This document shows, in pieces, positions 24,547 to 34,757 of a stretch of DNA of 64,000 nucleotides. The position numbers and the translations under genes were made by a program. Positions within the stretch are counted from its first letter, which is position 1, and each line of letters opens with the position of its first letter. A model generated the notes under the pieces. The model was not told where the DNA came from. It did not search any database and saw only the letters and a program-made list of their open reading frames with translations. Location: positions 1,240,001-1,304,000 of the forward strand of contig BROI01000002.1 of assembly GCA_027923505.1 (NCBI GenBank), read 5' to 3'. The stretch comes from Mayamaea pseudoterrestris (lineage: Eukaryota).

Positions 24547-25350
24547 ATGAGTAACGAATCACTTTCACCTCCTCCTCCTATTAGCAGCAGCAATAGCAAC
24601 AGTCGCCCCCAGATTCTCCTCATGGGCGACTCGCTGACGCAGCTTGGTTTCGAAGGATGGGCTTCCACACTGGCCAACGTGTACCAGCGCCGCGCCGATG
24701 TGCTCAATCGAGGCTACTCGGGCTACAACACCAAGTTTTACCTGCAACTGCCGGTGGAAACTCTCGACAATGTCGTTTTGGTAGTCATTTTCTTTGGAGC
24801 AAACGATGCGGCACTATTGGAGCAGGATGCGCATCATCACGTGCCAGTAGAATTATACAAGGAGAATCTGAAAACACTATACGAGCGCACGAGAAGTTCC
24901 ACCAATTGCAACAACATTTTGTTCATTACACCGCCTCCGGTCCATCACGAGCAGCGACTCGCCTACCAGAAGCAACGCTACGGCGCAAAAGCGACGGGCG
25001 TCTTGGAACGAACCTTGGATCACACGCAGCGGTACGCAGCTGCCTGCCAGCAAGTGGCGAATGAACTAAACGCTCCGTGCTTGGACTTGTTCAACGTCAT
25101 GCTGCATGCCAATAAAGACTATGGAATCTACTTGAGTGACGGCTTGCACTTTAGCGTTGACGGACATGAGCTCGTCGGCGAGCAAGTGCTGCGTGCCATT
25201 CAAACACACTTTCCGCAACTGCACGTGGAGCAGGATGCGGCGACGGGTCAGTGGTGCAACCGCAGCTCCCAGTGTCAAGGTCTTTCGAGCCAGGGGCCGT
25301 ACCATGATGAGATTGACGCTAACAATGTGGCAAAAGCGTTTACAAAATGA
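24547..25350 (+). CDS. IAH1: SGNH/GDSL esterase, isoamyl acetate-hydrolyzing esterase-like
   Basis: GDSLTQ, DVLNRGYSGYNT, FFGANDA, ITPPP, DGLHFS; ATG at 24547 (alternative 24475). Confidence 0.9.
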   Translation: MSNESLSPPPPISSSNSNSRPQILLMGDSLTQLGFEGWASTLANVYQRRADVLNRGYSGYNTKFYLQLPVETLDNVVLVVIFFGANDAALLEQDAHHHVPVELYKENLKTLYERTRSSTNCNNILFITPPPVHHEQRLAYQKQRYGAKATGVLERTLDHTQRYAAACQQVANELNAPCLDLFNVMLHANKDYGIYLSDGLHFSVDGHELVGEQVLRAIQTHFPQLHVEQDAATGQWCNRSSQCQGLSSQGPYHDEIDANNVAKAFTK

Positions 25351-25727
25351 GCGAGCAGAGAAAAGACAATAGAGACGAATCAAACTCAAACCTGTCTCAA
25401 TATAGATCACTAGTGCATGGTTGCTGCATATCTTACAATATCCTACAATACTCTTGTCGAGGTTACGGTAGTTCCGTCACTGAACCTATGGGGCACTGTG
25501 TTATCGACCAATGCCTGGCATTTCAAAATATGAGTCATGCAAGTATCACAATGACCGGCAATGCAAAAGATGAGTCATTTCTGTGACCATCGAGGGCTGA
25601 CGGAGTGAGGTGCCCCGACCACCACACAAAATCGATTACCGAGAGCCTCCATATCTCACAACAAAGGATCTTGTCAGCATCAAACAGTATTACAAGTAGT
25701 AAATACATACTGCAATATAACAAGATT

Positions 25728-25934
25728 ATGGACAACTTTGTGAAAAAGATTCCTGGAAGTCCACCATTGAAAGCCTTTGTTTGTGCCGCGTGCATTAGCG
25801 CCGCCTTTGCCTACCCCGTCTTTCGCACTCAAGACAAGACCAAGCAGGGGCACGACTTGTTTTCGCAGGAAAAACCCGAGGCCATTGCGTCGGGCCAGGA
25901 GCGAGCCAGGCGGGAGCAGCGCAAGAATTTTTAA
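25728..25934 (+). CDS. Small (68 aa) single-pass membrane protein of unknown function
   Basis: MDNFVKKIPGSPPLK, hydrophobic AFVCAACISAAFAYPVF, then GHDLFSQEKPEAI and a charged tail; coding-like codon usage after an A-rich leader. Confidence 0.65.
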   Translation: MDNFVKKIPGSPPLKAFVCAACISAAFAYPVFRTQDKTKQGHDLFSQEKPEAIASGQERARREQRKNF

Positions 25935-25948
25935 TAAAAACGAACAAC

Positions 25949-26334
25949 ATGATGGATGACGACGAGCAGCGCAAGGCGTTTCAAGCCTTCATGCTCGGAG
26001 GCAACAAGCAAGCGTTGCAGCAGTCACCTTCACCTTTACAGTCATCGCCATCACCATTAACAAGTCCATCAACCAATAAAAAACGCAACCATGCTGCATT
26101 TCGTCGCAAATATGCCAGTGCGCTCGCCGCCTTTGACTCTTGCTTCTGCAAGCACTGGCTCGACGCGGATGACCAGCTGCTGGCCTGCGTCGGATCCATT
26201 GCCAATCTGCGACAACGCATTTTCGTTTCCAGTCGCGCGTTAGTGTTGCAAAAAGCAGAAGATGCAAATCGTGAAGATGACCAAGATTTGCGAATGCGTA
26301 CTTGCTACAAGAGTCACGGATATCGCCAAGTCGT

Positions 26335-26365
<31 letters not shown>

Positions 26366-26809
26366 TACTGCCTGTCGCGTGGCGACTTGGAACTGACCCT
26401 GACGGACGAATTGCTGCAGCACGAGCGCATGACGAGCTTGGCGCGACGATTAATTTCGTCGTTGCACCAAGACCAGGAAACGCTTGGTCGGCGATTGGAG
26501 GAGCTACTGCTGATGCTGCACTTGGATGAGGAACCTGCAACGGAATTTGCAGCAATGTTGGACGAGCGTCGACAATTGTATTTGGCAACGTCGCACGAAC
26601 TCTATCGCAAGCAACGACTGTTGCAGCAACTATTCGACTCGATTAGTGATGACATGCTGTTTCAGGAGGGTTTGGAAGCAAACGATAATGACGCGAGTCC
26701 AAGGCGCGTGGCGAAACAAATTGCGAAAGTTTGGTCGCGATTATCCTCCACCAGTCATTTATATTGCTACAAGGAGCTGATTGAGAAATTAGATGTGCGA
26801 AATAAATAG
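25949..26809 (+). CDS. Hypothetical coiled-coil protein (weak resemblance to C1orf109/AIRIM by eye)
   Basis: 286-aa ORF with ACAAC-ATG start; helical segments WLDADDQLLACVGSIANLRQRI and HELYRKQRLLQQL; poly-S tract. Confidence 0.7.
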
Positions 26810-27260
26810 CGATGAACAATAGTTTTATATATGTCGAGGTCGTTGTGTGTAGATCTTTTTCGTCGTACATAAGGATCAAACACTGCCGGTAGGTGTTCAT
26901 TGTCGTAGGTGCGATATTCGTCTGATCATTTCCGCGTCTGGGTCACATCGCTTATCATTGGCTACAAAGGCTTCATTATACCAAGATCAAAACTTTTATG
27001 CAATTATAACAGTTAACCAAGATTTGGTTTTGTATTTATCGCCAAATTAGTGCCGGTACGACATTTACTTCGCGCACCACCACGTTGTGAACATTCATCG
27101 GCCGTCGTTGCTCGACGCTCCTCATTCATCCTGCTGTTAATCATCACTTTTACATTCTCAATTTGCGATATAGAAGCGAGTTACAGTAAGATTGATACGA
27201 AGTAAAAAAAATCGTTTTGCGATTGCAAGAACAAGCTGAACGACAGCCGCCATTTTCATC

Positions 27261-27782
27261 ATGAGTCATTTGTTCCGATCACTCCTTCCTTCCGTCACAA
27301 AATCTCACTCGGAGAGACGCATACTTCGAACCAATCCGCATCACTTGTTCAATATTATTAATGACGTTGACAAATATCATACGTTTCTGCCGCTCTGCAC
27401 GCGATCCAAAATAATTTGGAGGAGCAGCAATGAATATCGCGCCACGTTGACCGTCGGCCTTCCGCCGCTGCTAGAGGAAACGTACACTTCCCACGTTGTC
27501 TCCAATGCCACGCGCCTCATTGTGACGGCCAAGAGCATCCAGAGTCACCGTTTCAAAGCCTTGTCGAGCGAATGGAAGCTACGTGCGACTGACAATGAAG
27601 ACGAGTGCTTGGTGGATTTTAACGTGTCGCTCACCGTTAGCGATCCGTTCATTGTGGCGACACTGGATCAAATACTCCAGCAAGTGGCGGGAAAACAAGT
27701 GGATGCCTTTGAAAAGCAATGTCAAAGGGTTCCATTTGCATCAACAATGGGAACAGTCGCTCAACTTGGTCCGAAGCAATGA
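27261..27782 (+). CDS. COQ10: Coenzyme Q-binding START-domain protein
   Basis: HSERRIL, LFNIINDVDKYHTFLPLCTRS, ATLTVGLPPLLEETYTSHV, FKALSSEW, DAFEKQC. Confidence 0.88.
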   Translation: MSHLFRSLLPSVTKSHSERRILRTNPHHLFNIINDVDKYHTFLPLCTRSKIIWRSSNEYRATLTVGLPPLLEETYTSHVVSNATRLIVTAKSIQSHRFKALSSEWKLRATDNEDECLVDFNVSLTVSDPFIVATLDQILQQVAGKQVDAFEKQCQRVPFASTMGTVAQLGPKQ

Positions 27783-28300
27783 GCACTAATGTACACTGAT
27801 ACTCGCACTGAAACTGGATCACGCTGGCTGCATATCGCCATCACACGATAAATGAAAGGCTGCTATGTAAAGAAGCAAAAGAATATGCTTTCCTGACCGC
27901 AGCCGTTGATCGCATTGTTCATCTTTTATCTTTGAAAGGCAAAGGCAGAGCAGTGTCTAGCAAAATGCAAGCTCAAAACTTTAGATTATAGCGGCGGTGA
28001 ACACATTTTTAAATGCAGTGGGTTCAAATTGTGAGTTATAAGAGTTTCATTTTCGTTGTCTTTCGTGAATTCCTAGAGTATGCAGTAAATGCGTCGTACA
28101 ACGCTTGTCTGCTATTCCATCGAAATTTTACGCTGGACATTCGCGCACTTTCATTTTCGTTTACGCTAACGCCGTGAGAATGATTTTCGCAGATGCTCCT
28201 ATTAAGAAAGTAGGCGCACACGTCGCTGGTATGGCCTGTTACAGTCACGCTACACTCGTACAGAAGAGCACTCGCCTCGTCCTCCGCTCTTATACAGGTT

Positions 28301-29872
28301 TCAGCTCCATAATTTCAAAGTCTTGTCAAAGCCACTCGTCACGACTGTCGTTCCGAGCAAACCCACTCCAGTCACCTTGCCGTCATGCCCGTGCAACTCA
28401 TTGAGCATCTTCCAGCTCCGACTGCTCCATAGCTTGACGGTTCCGTCAAACGAACTTGATGCTAGAAATTCGCCAGTCTCATCAAACTTGAGACTAGTGA
28501 TCAAGTTGGAATGCGCCGGAACATTGACTGCCAGTTTCCGCTGCCTTAAATCCCAAATCTTGAAGGTTCCATCGTCACCCGCCGTTGCCAGCTGAAAGCC
28601 ATTGACTGGATGAAACTGTGTTTGCAGCACCCGCTTGGCATGTCCCATGAAATGGTGAATCGACTTGCCGGTCCGCAAATCCCAAAGATGCGTGACACCG
28701 CTAAAGTCCGTCGTGGCCACCAGGCTGCCGTCGGAATGCATGCCAATGCCGTAACATTCGCGCAAGTGGCCATCCTGCAGCAGCAACTGCTGGCCCGTCT
28801 CCAAGTCCCAGAGTCGCCACGAGTAGTCAAAGCTAGTGGTGGCGGCATGTTTGTGTAAGGGATGGAAGGCGACTTTGCAGAGACGAGCGGCATGTCCGGC
28901 AAAGGTTGCTTGGTGCGATAACGAGTACGCTGGTTCCTGGTGTTGCTGCTTTTTGTCGGCATCCTTAGCCTCGTCCATGACGACATCGCTCTTGGTAATC
29001 TTCCATAGCTTGGCCGTCTTGTCGAGCGACGTTGTCGCGAGAAATACATTTTCAGCAGCAGTCGCCACCATGTCCAAGTGCATGATGCGATCCTCATGAC
29101 ACAAGCTTTTGCGTCCCAAGGGCTGCAGCGCGGCCGAGCTCGCGTCCCATAGCTTGATGGTACCCGTCCAGCTCGCCGTCGCGACGAGAGGAGTGCTATG
29201 AAAGGCATTCGATTGGCAGCAGGCAATGCTTGACAAGGTTCGCGTGTCGCCGTACTGGGAACCCTGCAAGGCTATTTGACGAATCGTCTTGTAGGTTTTC
29301 AAACATGACTGGTCCATGCGAAATAGTTCCGACGATGCATCCGATAATTTTGCATCACTCGCTTCGTTTTCTTCGTTCACTTGCAGCTTTCGCTTCTTGT
29401 CCTGTCGCGCCAGTGCGCGCAAGCTTTTCTCTCGCTCCAATCGCTCGCGCGCTCGCTGCAGTGAAAACTTGGCAATCTCAATGCGAGCATCCACGAGCGC
29501 CTGCGAGGCTCTCGTATACTTTGTCACATTTTCCTCGCCCTCATATTTGATCGTGGCGGTTGAAAGTGACGAAGAACCGACTAATCCGCCTTGTTGCTGC
29601 TGCTGGCGCTTGATGAGTTCAAGTCGCAGTCGATCACGTATGTTTGCCAAATTTTCCCCAAACAATCTCACTGGCAATCCAAGTTTTCGCAAAACGTCTC
29701 GAACCTCGTTGGGAAGCGTTGGAACGTCGACCAGTGCGTTCGTTGGATCGGCGGCCAATCGCTTGAGTTCAATCTGAGACAGCTTGGCCTGGTGTTGCTC
29801 GTAGTGCATTTGCGAGGCGGACGAGAGCGGCAGTACTTCTGTTGCGCCGGAATGATGCTGATTAAATGACAT
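28301..29872 (-). CDS. PRP4: U4/U6 snRNP protein Prp4 (SFM domain + 7 WD40)
   Basis: VPTLPNEVRDVLRKLGLPVRLFGENLANIRDRLR; SQYGDTRTLS; WD40 repeats including SFDYSWRLWDLETGQQLLLQDGH. Confidence 0.95.
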   Translation of the reverse strand: MSFNQHHSGATEVLPLSSASQMHYEQHQAKLSQIELKRLAADPTNALVDVPTLPNEVRDVLRKLGLPVRLFGENLANIRDRLRLELIKRQQQQQGGLVGSSSLSTATIKYEGEENVTKYTRASQALVDARIEIAKFSLQRARERLEREKSLRALARQDKKRKLQVNEENEASDAKLSDASSELFRMDQSCLKTYKTIRQIALQGSQYGDTRTLSSIACCQSNAFHSTPLVATASWTGTIKLWDASSAALQPLGRKSLCHEDRIMHLDMVATAAENVFLATTSLDKTAKLWKITKSDVVMDEAKDADKKQQHQEPAYSLSHQATFAGHAARLCKVAFHPLHKHAATTSFDYSWRLWDLETGQQLLLQDGHLRECYGIGMHSDGSLVATTDFSGVTHLWDLRTGKSIHHFMGHAKRVLQTQFHPVNGFQLATAGDDGTFKIWDLRQRKLAVNVPAHSNLITSLKFDETGEFLASSSFDGTVKLWSSRSWKMLNELHGHDGKVTGVGLLGTTVVTSGFDKTLKLWS

Positions 29873-30432
29873 TTTGAGATGTCTTGTGTGAATGCTACTT
29901 TATATGAATGGGGCTGAATAAATATTATAAAGTATGATCGTGGTGAACGTAACTACACCAAGTCTCACTTTCTCACGCGTCCTTCCATGGTGACGATGCA
30001 TTCGAGGTTAGTACCGGACGGACATTATGCAAGCTTAGCTACCCATGCTACATTGTCCTTGTTAGAGTGCCCACAAAGAAGCTGAAATAATAATGTGCCC
30101 AATCAAATTTTAGCTACTGCTGCAAGCTACAAATTCTATATATATTTAAAGAATGTTGAAGCATCACTGTCACAGGTAGTCGTATTGGTTGATATAGCTC
30201 TCGTTTTCGCCAATTCAAACTAGATAGAACAAGGCCTGCGAAATGGATAACGATCGGAATCGGGTTCAACCGTTAGTGAGCGAGTTGTCCGACTGCACCG
30301 CATTCTTTGCAGTGAACATGTAATCATGCCAGTCTTCTGTAGCCTTTATGTTCATGCCAACAATGTCATTCAGCACTATCTGCTGCTGCTGTTTACTAAA
30401 GAATTTCACCACTAGTCCGTAGCAAGGCTGCT

Positions 30433-33405
30433 TTACAATCGAATGTTCAAATCAACCAAATCTTGCTCAAGTGCCTTGATTGTTGTCTCGCGTTGTGAGA
30501 CGGGCAGTTTTTCGAGAAAATCTTTCAATTGCTGCGTGCGCCTTGCGCGTTGAGCCGCATGAAACTCTGCGATCGTACCATAATAAGAACCAGCTCTTTT
30601 TATATTCATTGGGCACGCTAGGACATGTGCATGGGCGTCTGATCCACAATCTTGCAGGCACCAACCGCAAAAGCTACATGGACAAACTCCACAGCGAATG
30701 GCAAAGCAGCCATCAAAATCGAAAAAGGCTTGTTGACATCTCGGACATCGGAGCGTCAAAATTTCGTCAATCACGCGCATACGGAGCTTGTCGGGTGGCT
30801 GGCTGGCAAAACGATAATCTTTGCATGTCATGTTGGTGTGACTCGCTTTGCATTGTAAACAAATCTCAATTGAGCAAGTCGAGCACTTTGAAACAAGCAT
30901 ATCTTTTGCAACCACGTAAACACCTGGGCACGTTGGAGTGATGCAAAATTGTAGTTTCCCAGAATTTGCTCGTACATGGCAGTCCAAAGCAAGGCGCAGT
31001 AGATTATTGAGTGTTGCCTCATCAAGGCTTGATTGCAAATCGCGCAATAGCAGCCCTTTGTCGCAATCATCAGCAAGGCATGTAAGTGGAAAGTCCCGAA
31101 TACTGCCTGAGCCAACCCATGCATCAAAGCATTCTCGGCAGTAAAAGTGTCCGCAATCAACTCGTACCGGACTGTCGGGAGTACAGAAGCATACCGGACA
31201 CAGTGCGTCCGAATCAATCTTGCCGTCGTCGCTGACACATTCGCCGCGAACTAGCTTGGCGACAAAAGCTTTGATACGACGAGTCTCCATATCTCCTCCT
31301 TCGACAAGCAACGCTCGATTCTTGACATCAATCGAAACTTGTCGTACCTTAGTTTCGGCTATGATCATATCAAGCGCCGAACGCCCTTGCAACACCAGGT
31401 GTTGGAATTCATGCTCGGCAATTGGCACTGCCTGCGTCGGCGTCAATGCATCGGTGCAATGACTTAAAACATTCTTGATCGTTGCCATTCGATCCCTGTC
31501 ATTACCAAATACGCGGATCTGCTGACGCCTTCGATCGCACCATACGGCGGCGTGCATCGACGAAAGGCATGCGGGAATGGCTTTTTGGAATGTAGCCGAG
31601 GATGTGTAGCGATTCCAGAGAGCAGCATTGCCACTTTTTGGATCGCGAACAACTTCTCCTTCAATCAGCCGACCAAGCCGTAACTTTACAGCATCAATAT
31701 GTAGTTGTTCGTCGGCAGTGATGGAGATAGTTCGGAATAAACTGGACTCATACAAGTGATAGCGAATGCCTTGCAACTGATCTAACTCGGCAAACATTTT
31801 TCTCTTCAGCGCATCAAACACAGGGATAGGCAAAGGGTATTTTATAGAGAAGAGACGCTGCACGAAGAGCTTGCCTCCACCAAGCTCCGGAATAGATTTT
31901 TGCTGCGCGAATTGGCGGCAAGCAAAGTCGGCCGTCTCTGCTGTCTCAAACCAAGCCAGCGCCTTTCGCTTGAGATCATCCTTCTGCCTTTCTTTGTTTA
32001 AATTACTTGCGACGTCAAAGCGCACCACGTTTCCACATTTCTGAAGGATTTGCCGCACCAACAAGCTAGCTTCGGATTCTTGGAATGGCAAATCTCCCAA
32101 AGTGACCGATTTCACCTTACCCTTGCCGTGCCGCTCAAACGACATTCTGAGTTTATCTGCAGTAGCAGTCTCTCCCAGATTGCCGACCCAGACAATGTGC
32201 TCCGTTATCACTTTTGTATATGGAACATGAATGTGCCGCGTTTGGGGCTTGTACGATGTCGTAATTGGTCGGCCACAAAATTGTTTGCCATTCGCTTCCC
32301 TCGTCGCCCGTATCGCGCCATCGGCCGCATGAAAATAGATCCACGCACAGCGCGACGGAGCATACCATTGGACCTTGACGGGTACGCCTGCGTTGTTCTT
32401 GCTGGTCGAGCCGCTTGGTTGCTTTTGGACAACGGAGACGAACGAGTTTTCCAAAGCCTTTGAGCGACTACCTTTATCTCTGACTTCGCCATTTCTGACC
32501 CACGTCTTGACGCAGGTGCCATGCAGCGCCGTGGCAGCCTTGATTGCATCCTGTGCGTCCGCCATCTCGGCCATGACAAACCAGCACTGCGGACGATTCC
32601 GATCCACGTCAAGTAGCAGGCGCTGCACTTTCCCAAAAGGCTCCAATCGATGCCGCATGTCCTGTTCGGAAACTGGTAGCTCTCTGGGAATATTGGTGAC
32701 AATGATTGACTTGGCCAAGTGTTTCTGCGTGTCAGCCTTGTCATTGCCAAGCACGAGTTTAAAAACGCTAGCACCAGGACCAAATTCCACTTGAATTCCC
32801 TCGTCCAGTGCAATCATTTCAGTCTCTTTGCTAGCATTATCCTGATTAGCATCTCCACCGTCATTTGGCGCAAACTGCATTGCCAGCGCGGCATCGTGGC
32901 GAAACGGACAAGCAAGTCCGTTCCGACAAGCGCCGCGCAGAAAGAATCGACAGAGGTCTGGCGGCGGCGGCAGTAAATTAATGGTCGACTGTTGCGGAGC
33001 AAACTCTGGGGCAAAGGCCGTTAGCTTGGGTTGCGTTTGAAATATTGGACCCGTTGGAACAACTGTCGATTGCCGCGGAGCAAACTCGGGAGCAAAGGCC
33101 GTTAGCTTGGGTGGAAACATTGGAATTGCCGTTGACTGCTTTGGAACAAACGCTGGAGCCGCAGGCTGTAAACATTGCTGCGTCGACGTAGACTTAGGCT
33201 GCAGCGCTGGAGCAACTGGAGTAGTTCCCGACTGCCCAGGAATAATCGCTGAAGCAAAGGGCGTCAACTCAGGCTGCAGCGTGCTTCCAATATCAAAAAT
33301 CGAACTACTTGACGGAGCAGTATACATCAAACCTTGAGTTGGCGACGATGCTAATTTGACTCGACTTGTCCGTGTCGGCGCCCACTCTACCGCAGTGGGA
33401 TCCAT
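30433..33405 (-). CDS. RBR (RING-IBR-RING) E3 ubiquitin ligase with PAM2-like motifs, CCCH finger, RRM-like and KH-like domains
   Basis: CRFFLRGACRNGLACPFRH (CCCH); RRM-like segments IIVTNIP and VWVGNLG; RING1 CPVC...CGHFYCREC; IBR FCITPTC...C; RING2 CPRC...DGCFAIRC...FCGWC. Start taken at MDPTAVEWAP (ATG 33405); the ORF is open further upstream to 33510. Confidence 0.88.
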   Translation of the reverse strand: MDPTAVEWAPTRTSRVKLASSPTQGLMYTAPSSSSIFDIGSTLQPELTPFASAIIPGQSGTTPVAPALQPKSTSTQQCLQPAAPAFVPKQSTAIPMFPPKLTAFAPEFAPRQSTVVPTGPIFQTQPKLTAFAPEFAPQQSTINLLPPPPDLCRFFLRGACRNGLACPFRHDAALAMQFAPNDGGDANQDNASKETEMIALDEGIQVEFGPGASVFKLVLGNDKADTQKHLAKSIIVTNIPRELPVSEQDMRHRLEPFGKVQRLLLDVDRNRPQCWFVMAEMADAQDAIKAATALHGTCVKTWVRNGEVRDKGSRSKALENSFVSVVQKQPSGSTSKNNAGVPVKVQWYAPSRCAWIYFHAADGAIRATREANGKQFCGRPITTSYKPQTRHIHVPYTKVITEHIVWVGNLGETATADKLRMSFERHGKGKVKSVTLGDLPFQESEASLLVRQILQKCGNVVRFDVASNLNKERQKDDLKRKALAWFETAETADFACRQFAQQKSIPELGGGKLFVQRLFSIKYPLPIPVFDALKRKMFAELDQLQGIRYHLYESSLFRTISITADEQLHIDAVKLRLGRLIEGEVVRDPKSGNAALWNRYTSSATFQKAIPACLSSMHAAVWCDRRRQQIRVFGNDRDRMATIKNVLSHCTDALTPTQAVPIAEHEFQHLVLQGRSALDMIIAETKVRQVSIDVKNRALLVEGGDMETRRIKAFVAKLVRGECVSDDGKIDSDALCPVCFCTPDSPVRVDCGHFYCRECFDAWVGSGSIRDFPLTCLADDCDKGLLLRDLQSSLDEATLNNLLRLALDCHVRANSGKLQFCITPTCPGVYVVAKDMLVSKCSTCSIEICLQCKASHTNMTCKDYRFASQPPDKLRMRVIDEILTLRCPRCQQAFFDFDGCFAIRCGVCPCSFCGWCLQDCGSDAHAHVLACPMNIKRAGSYYGTIAEFHAAQRARRTQQLKDFLEKLPVSQRETTIKALEQDLVDLNIRL

Positions 33406-33588
33406 AACGAGAGCAAACAACAAATTTAAGGCGGATGGCTTTGACAGTCTACGAGTATGATTCTTTTGTACCCAACTTTTTGCAACTAGCTTGAGAGCTG
33501 ATGCCATCACGCAGTTCTGTCGTGGATCTTCGATCCGTTTTTCTTAAGTGTGACGTGTCGCAGCGTTAGTTAAACCTCGTCTGTACAG

Positions 33589-34754
33589 GAGCGTCCGGAA
33601 AAAGCGCTGAATCGCCAAAAATATCGTTCCGGTACTTAATTCCAATCGTGCAAATCATTACTTAGGCAAAATATGCGCGCGCGCATAGCCAGGCTTGGCT
33701 GGCGCGCAACAGCTGCTCAAATCGCCGCTTAAGCGGCCCGCTTAGCTAAGCGGGCCGCTTAAGCGCCACGCTTAGCCAAGCGACCCGCTTGCGTTGACGA
33801 CGGAATGTGTTCCTTCCACCAACCATAAAACATACGGTTGCAAACCTTTAAAGTATCTGTTCTACTATTACCATGAATGGTCTCTTTAATGCTGACTTGA
33901 TGTGTTATAAGGGCTCGAATTGATTGGAATGAGTCGGCAGCAGCAGGAACGAACGAGCGAGGCAATCAAAACGGAGCGTTTTAAAGCGCACTTTGGATCG
34001 ATGCCTGTCGTGTATGCAAGCATTTGGAGAGACTTGGTGACAAGCGACCTTCCAAAGGCTCGAATTGATCCAGTCAAAGCTCGTGTTGAGCAGGCTAATC
34101 AAAATCATAAAGGCGAACCAAGATGGGACGGATCTGCTGCGTCGGCATTCCTTTCCGCAGATTTTGACGAGTACATTGCTCAGCAGCGCAAGCCAATAGA
34201 GCTTTATATGTCACGGGACGAATACTAGCAATTCACGTCAAAAAGGATCTACCAGTTAGAGAGAATCCGCAAGTTTTTGACGGACTATGGCGGTCGGAAA
34301 CAAAGGAAGGCGCAACGCCACAAACGTTGAATAATGGTCTCGCAAGCTGCAAGGCAGATGCCGGCACGTAACTTTTTACATTTTAGAAACATATTAGTTA
34401 TTGAAGAGTGATTCATGTTAATTTTATGCTGTCTACATTGCGGGATCAAGGTTCGTTTGATGCTCGTACATGGCGCATTTTTCGGTCGCATCGATATGTC
34501 AAGTAGGTGCGTTAGTATGCCACTTAGTGTACTAAGCGGGCCGCTTAGCTAAGCGGCCCGCTCGCTTAAGCGTGCCGCTTACGTAAGCGGCACGCTTAAG
34601 CGGCACGCTTAGCTAAGCGTGCCGCTTAGTTGAACCATCGAGTGATGGCTGGCGCGGCGCGCCTGCCCGACTTGCAACGGATCGCCAAAAGTTTCAACAG
34701 ATAATCTGTACCGATGCGACATTCGCGCTTTGAAAGCGCTTTTTCCGGACGCTC
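33589..34754. mobile_element. Internally deleted PIF/Harbinger-like transposon, element E2
   Basis: Perfect 20-bp TIRs GAGCGTCCGGAAAAAGCGCT; 3-bp target duplication CAG (33586-33588 and 34755-34757); GCTTAAGC/GCTTAGCTAAGC palindrome arrays at about 33724-33792 and 34533-34628; decayed coding remnant inside. Confidence 0.9.
33873..34331 (+). pseudogene. Decayed transposon coding remnant inside E2
   Basis: MNGLFNADLMCYK, then a frameshift, then GLELIGMSRQQQERTSEAIKTERFKAHFGSMPVVYASIWRDL, joined to GEPRWDGSAASAFLSAD...KPIELYMSRDEY*QF. Both motifs are recalled from diatom transposon-associated ORFs (not searched). Confidence 0.6.
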
Positions 34755-34757
34755 CAG

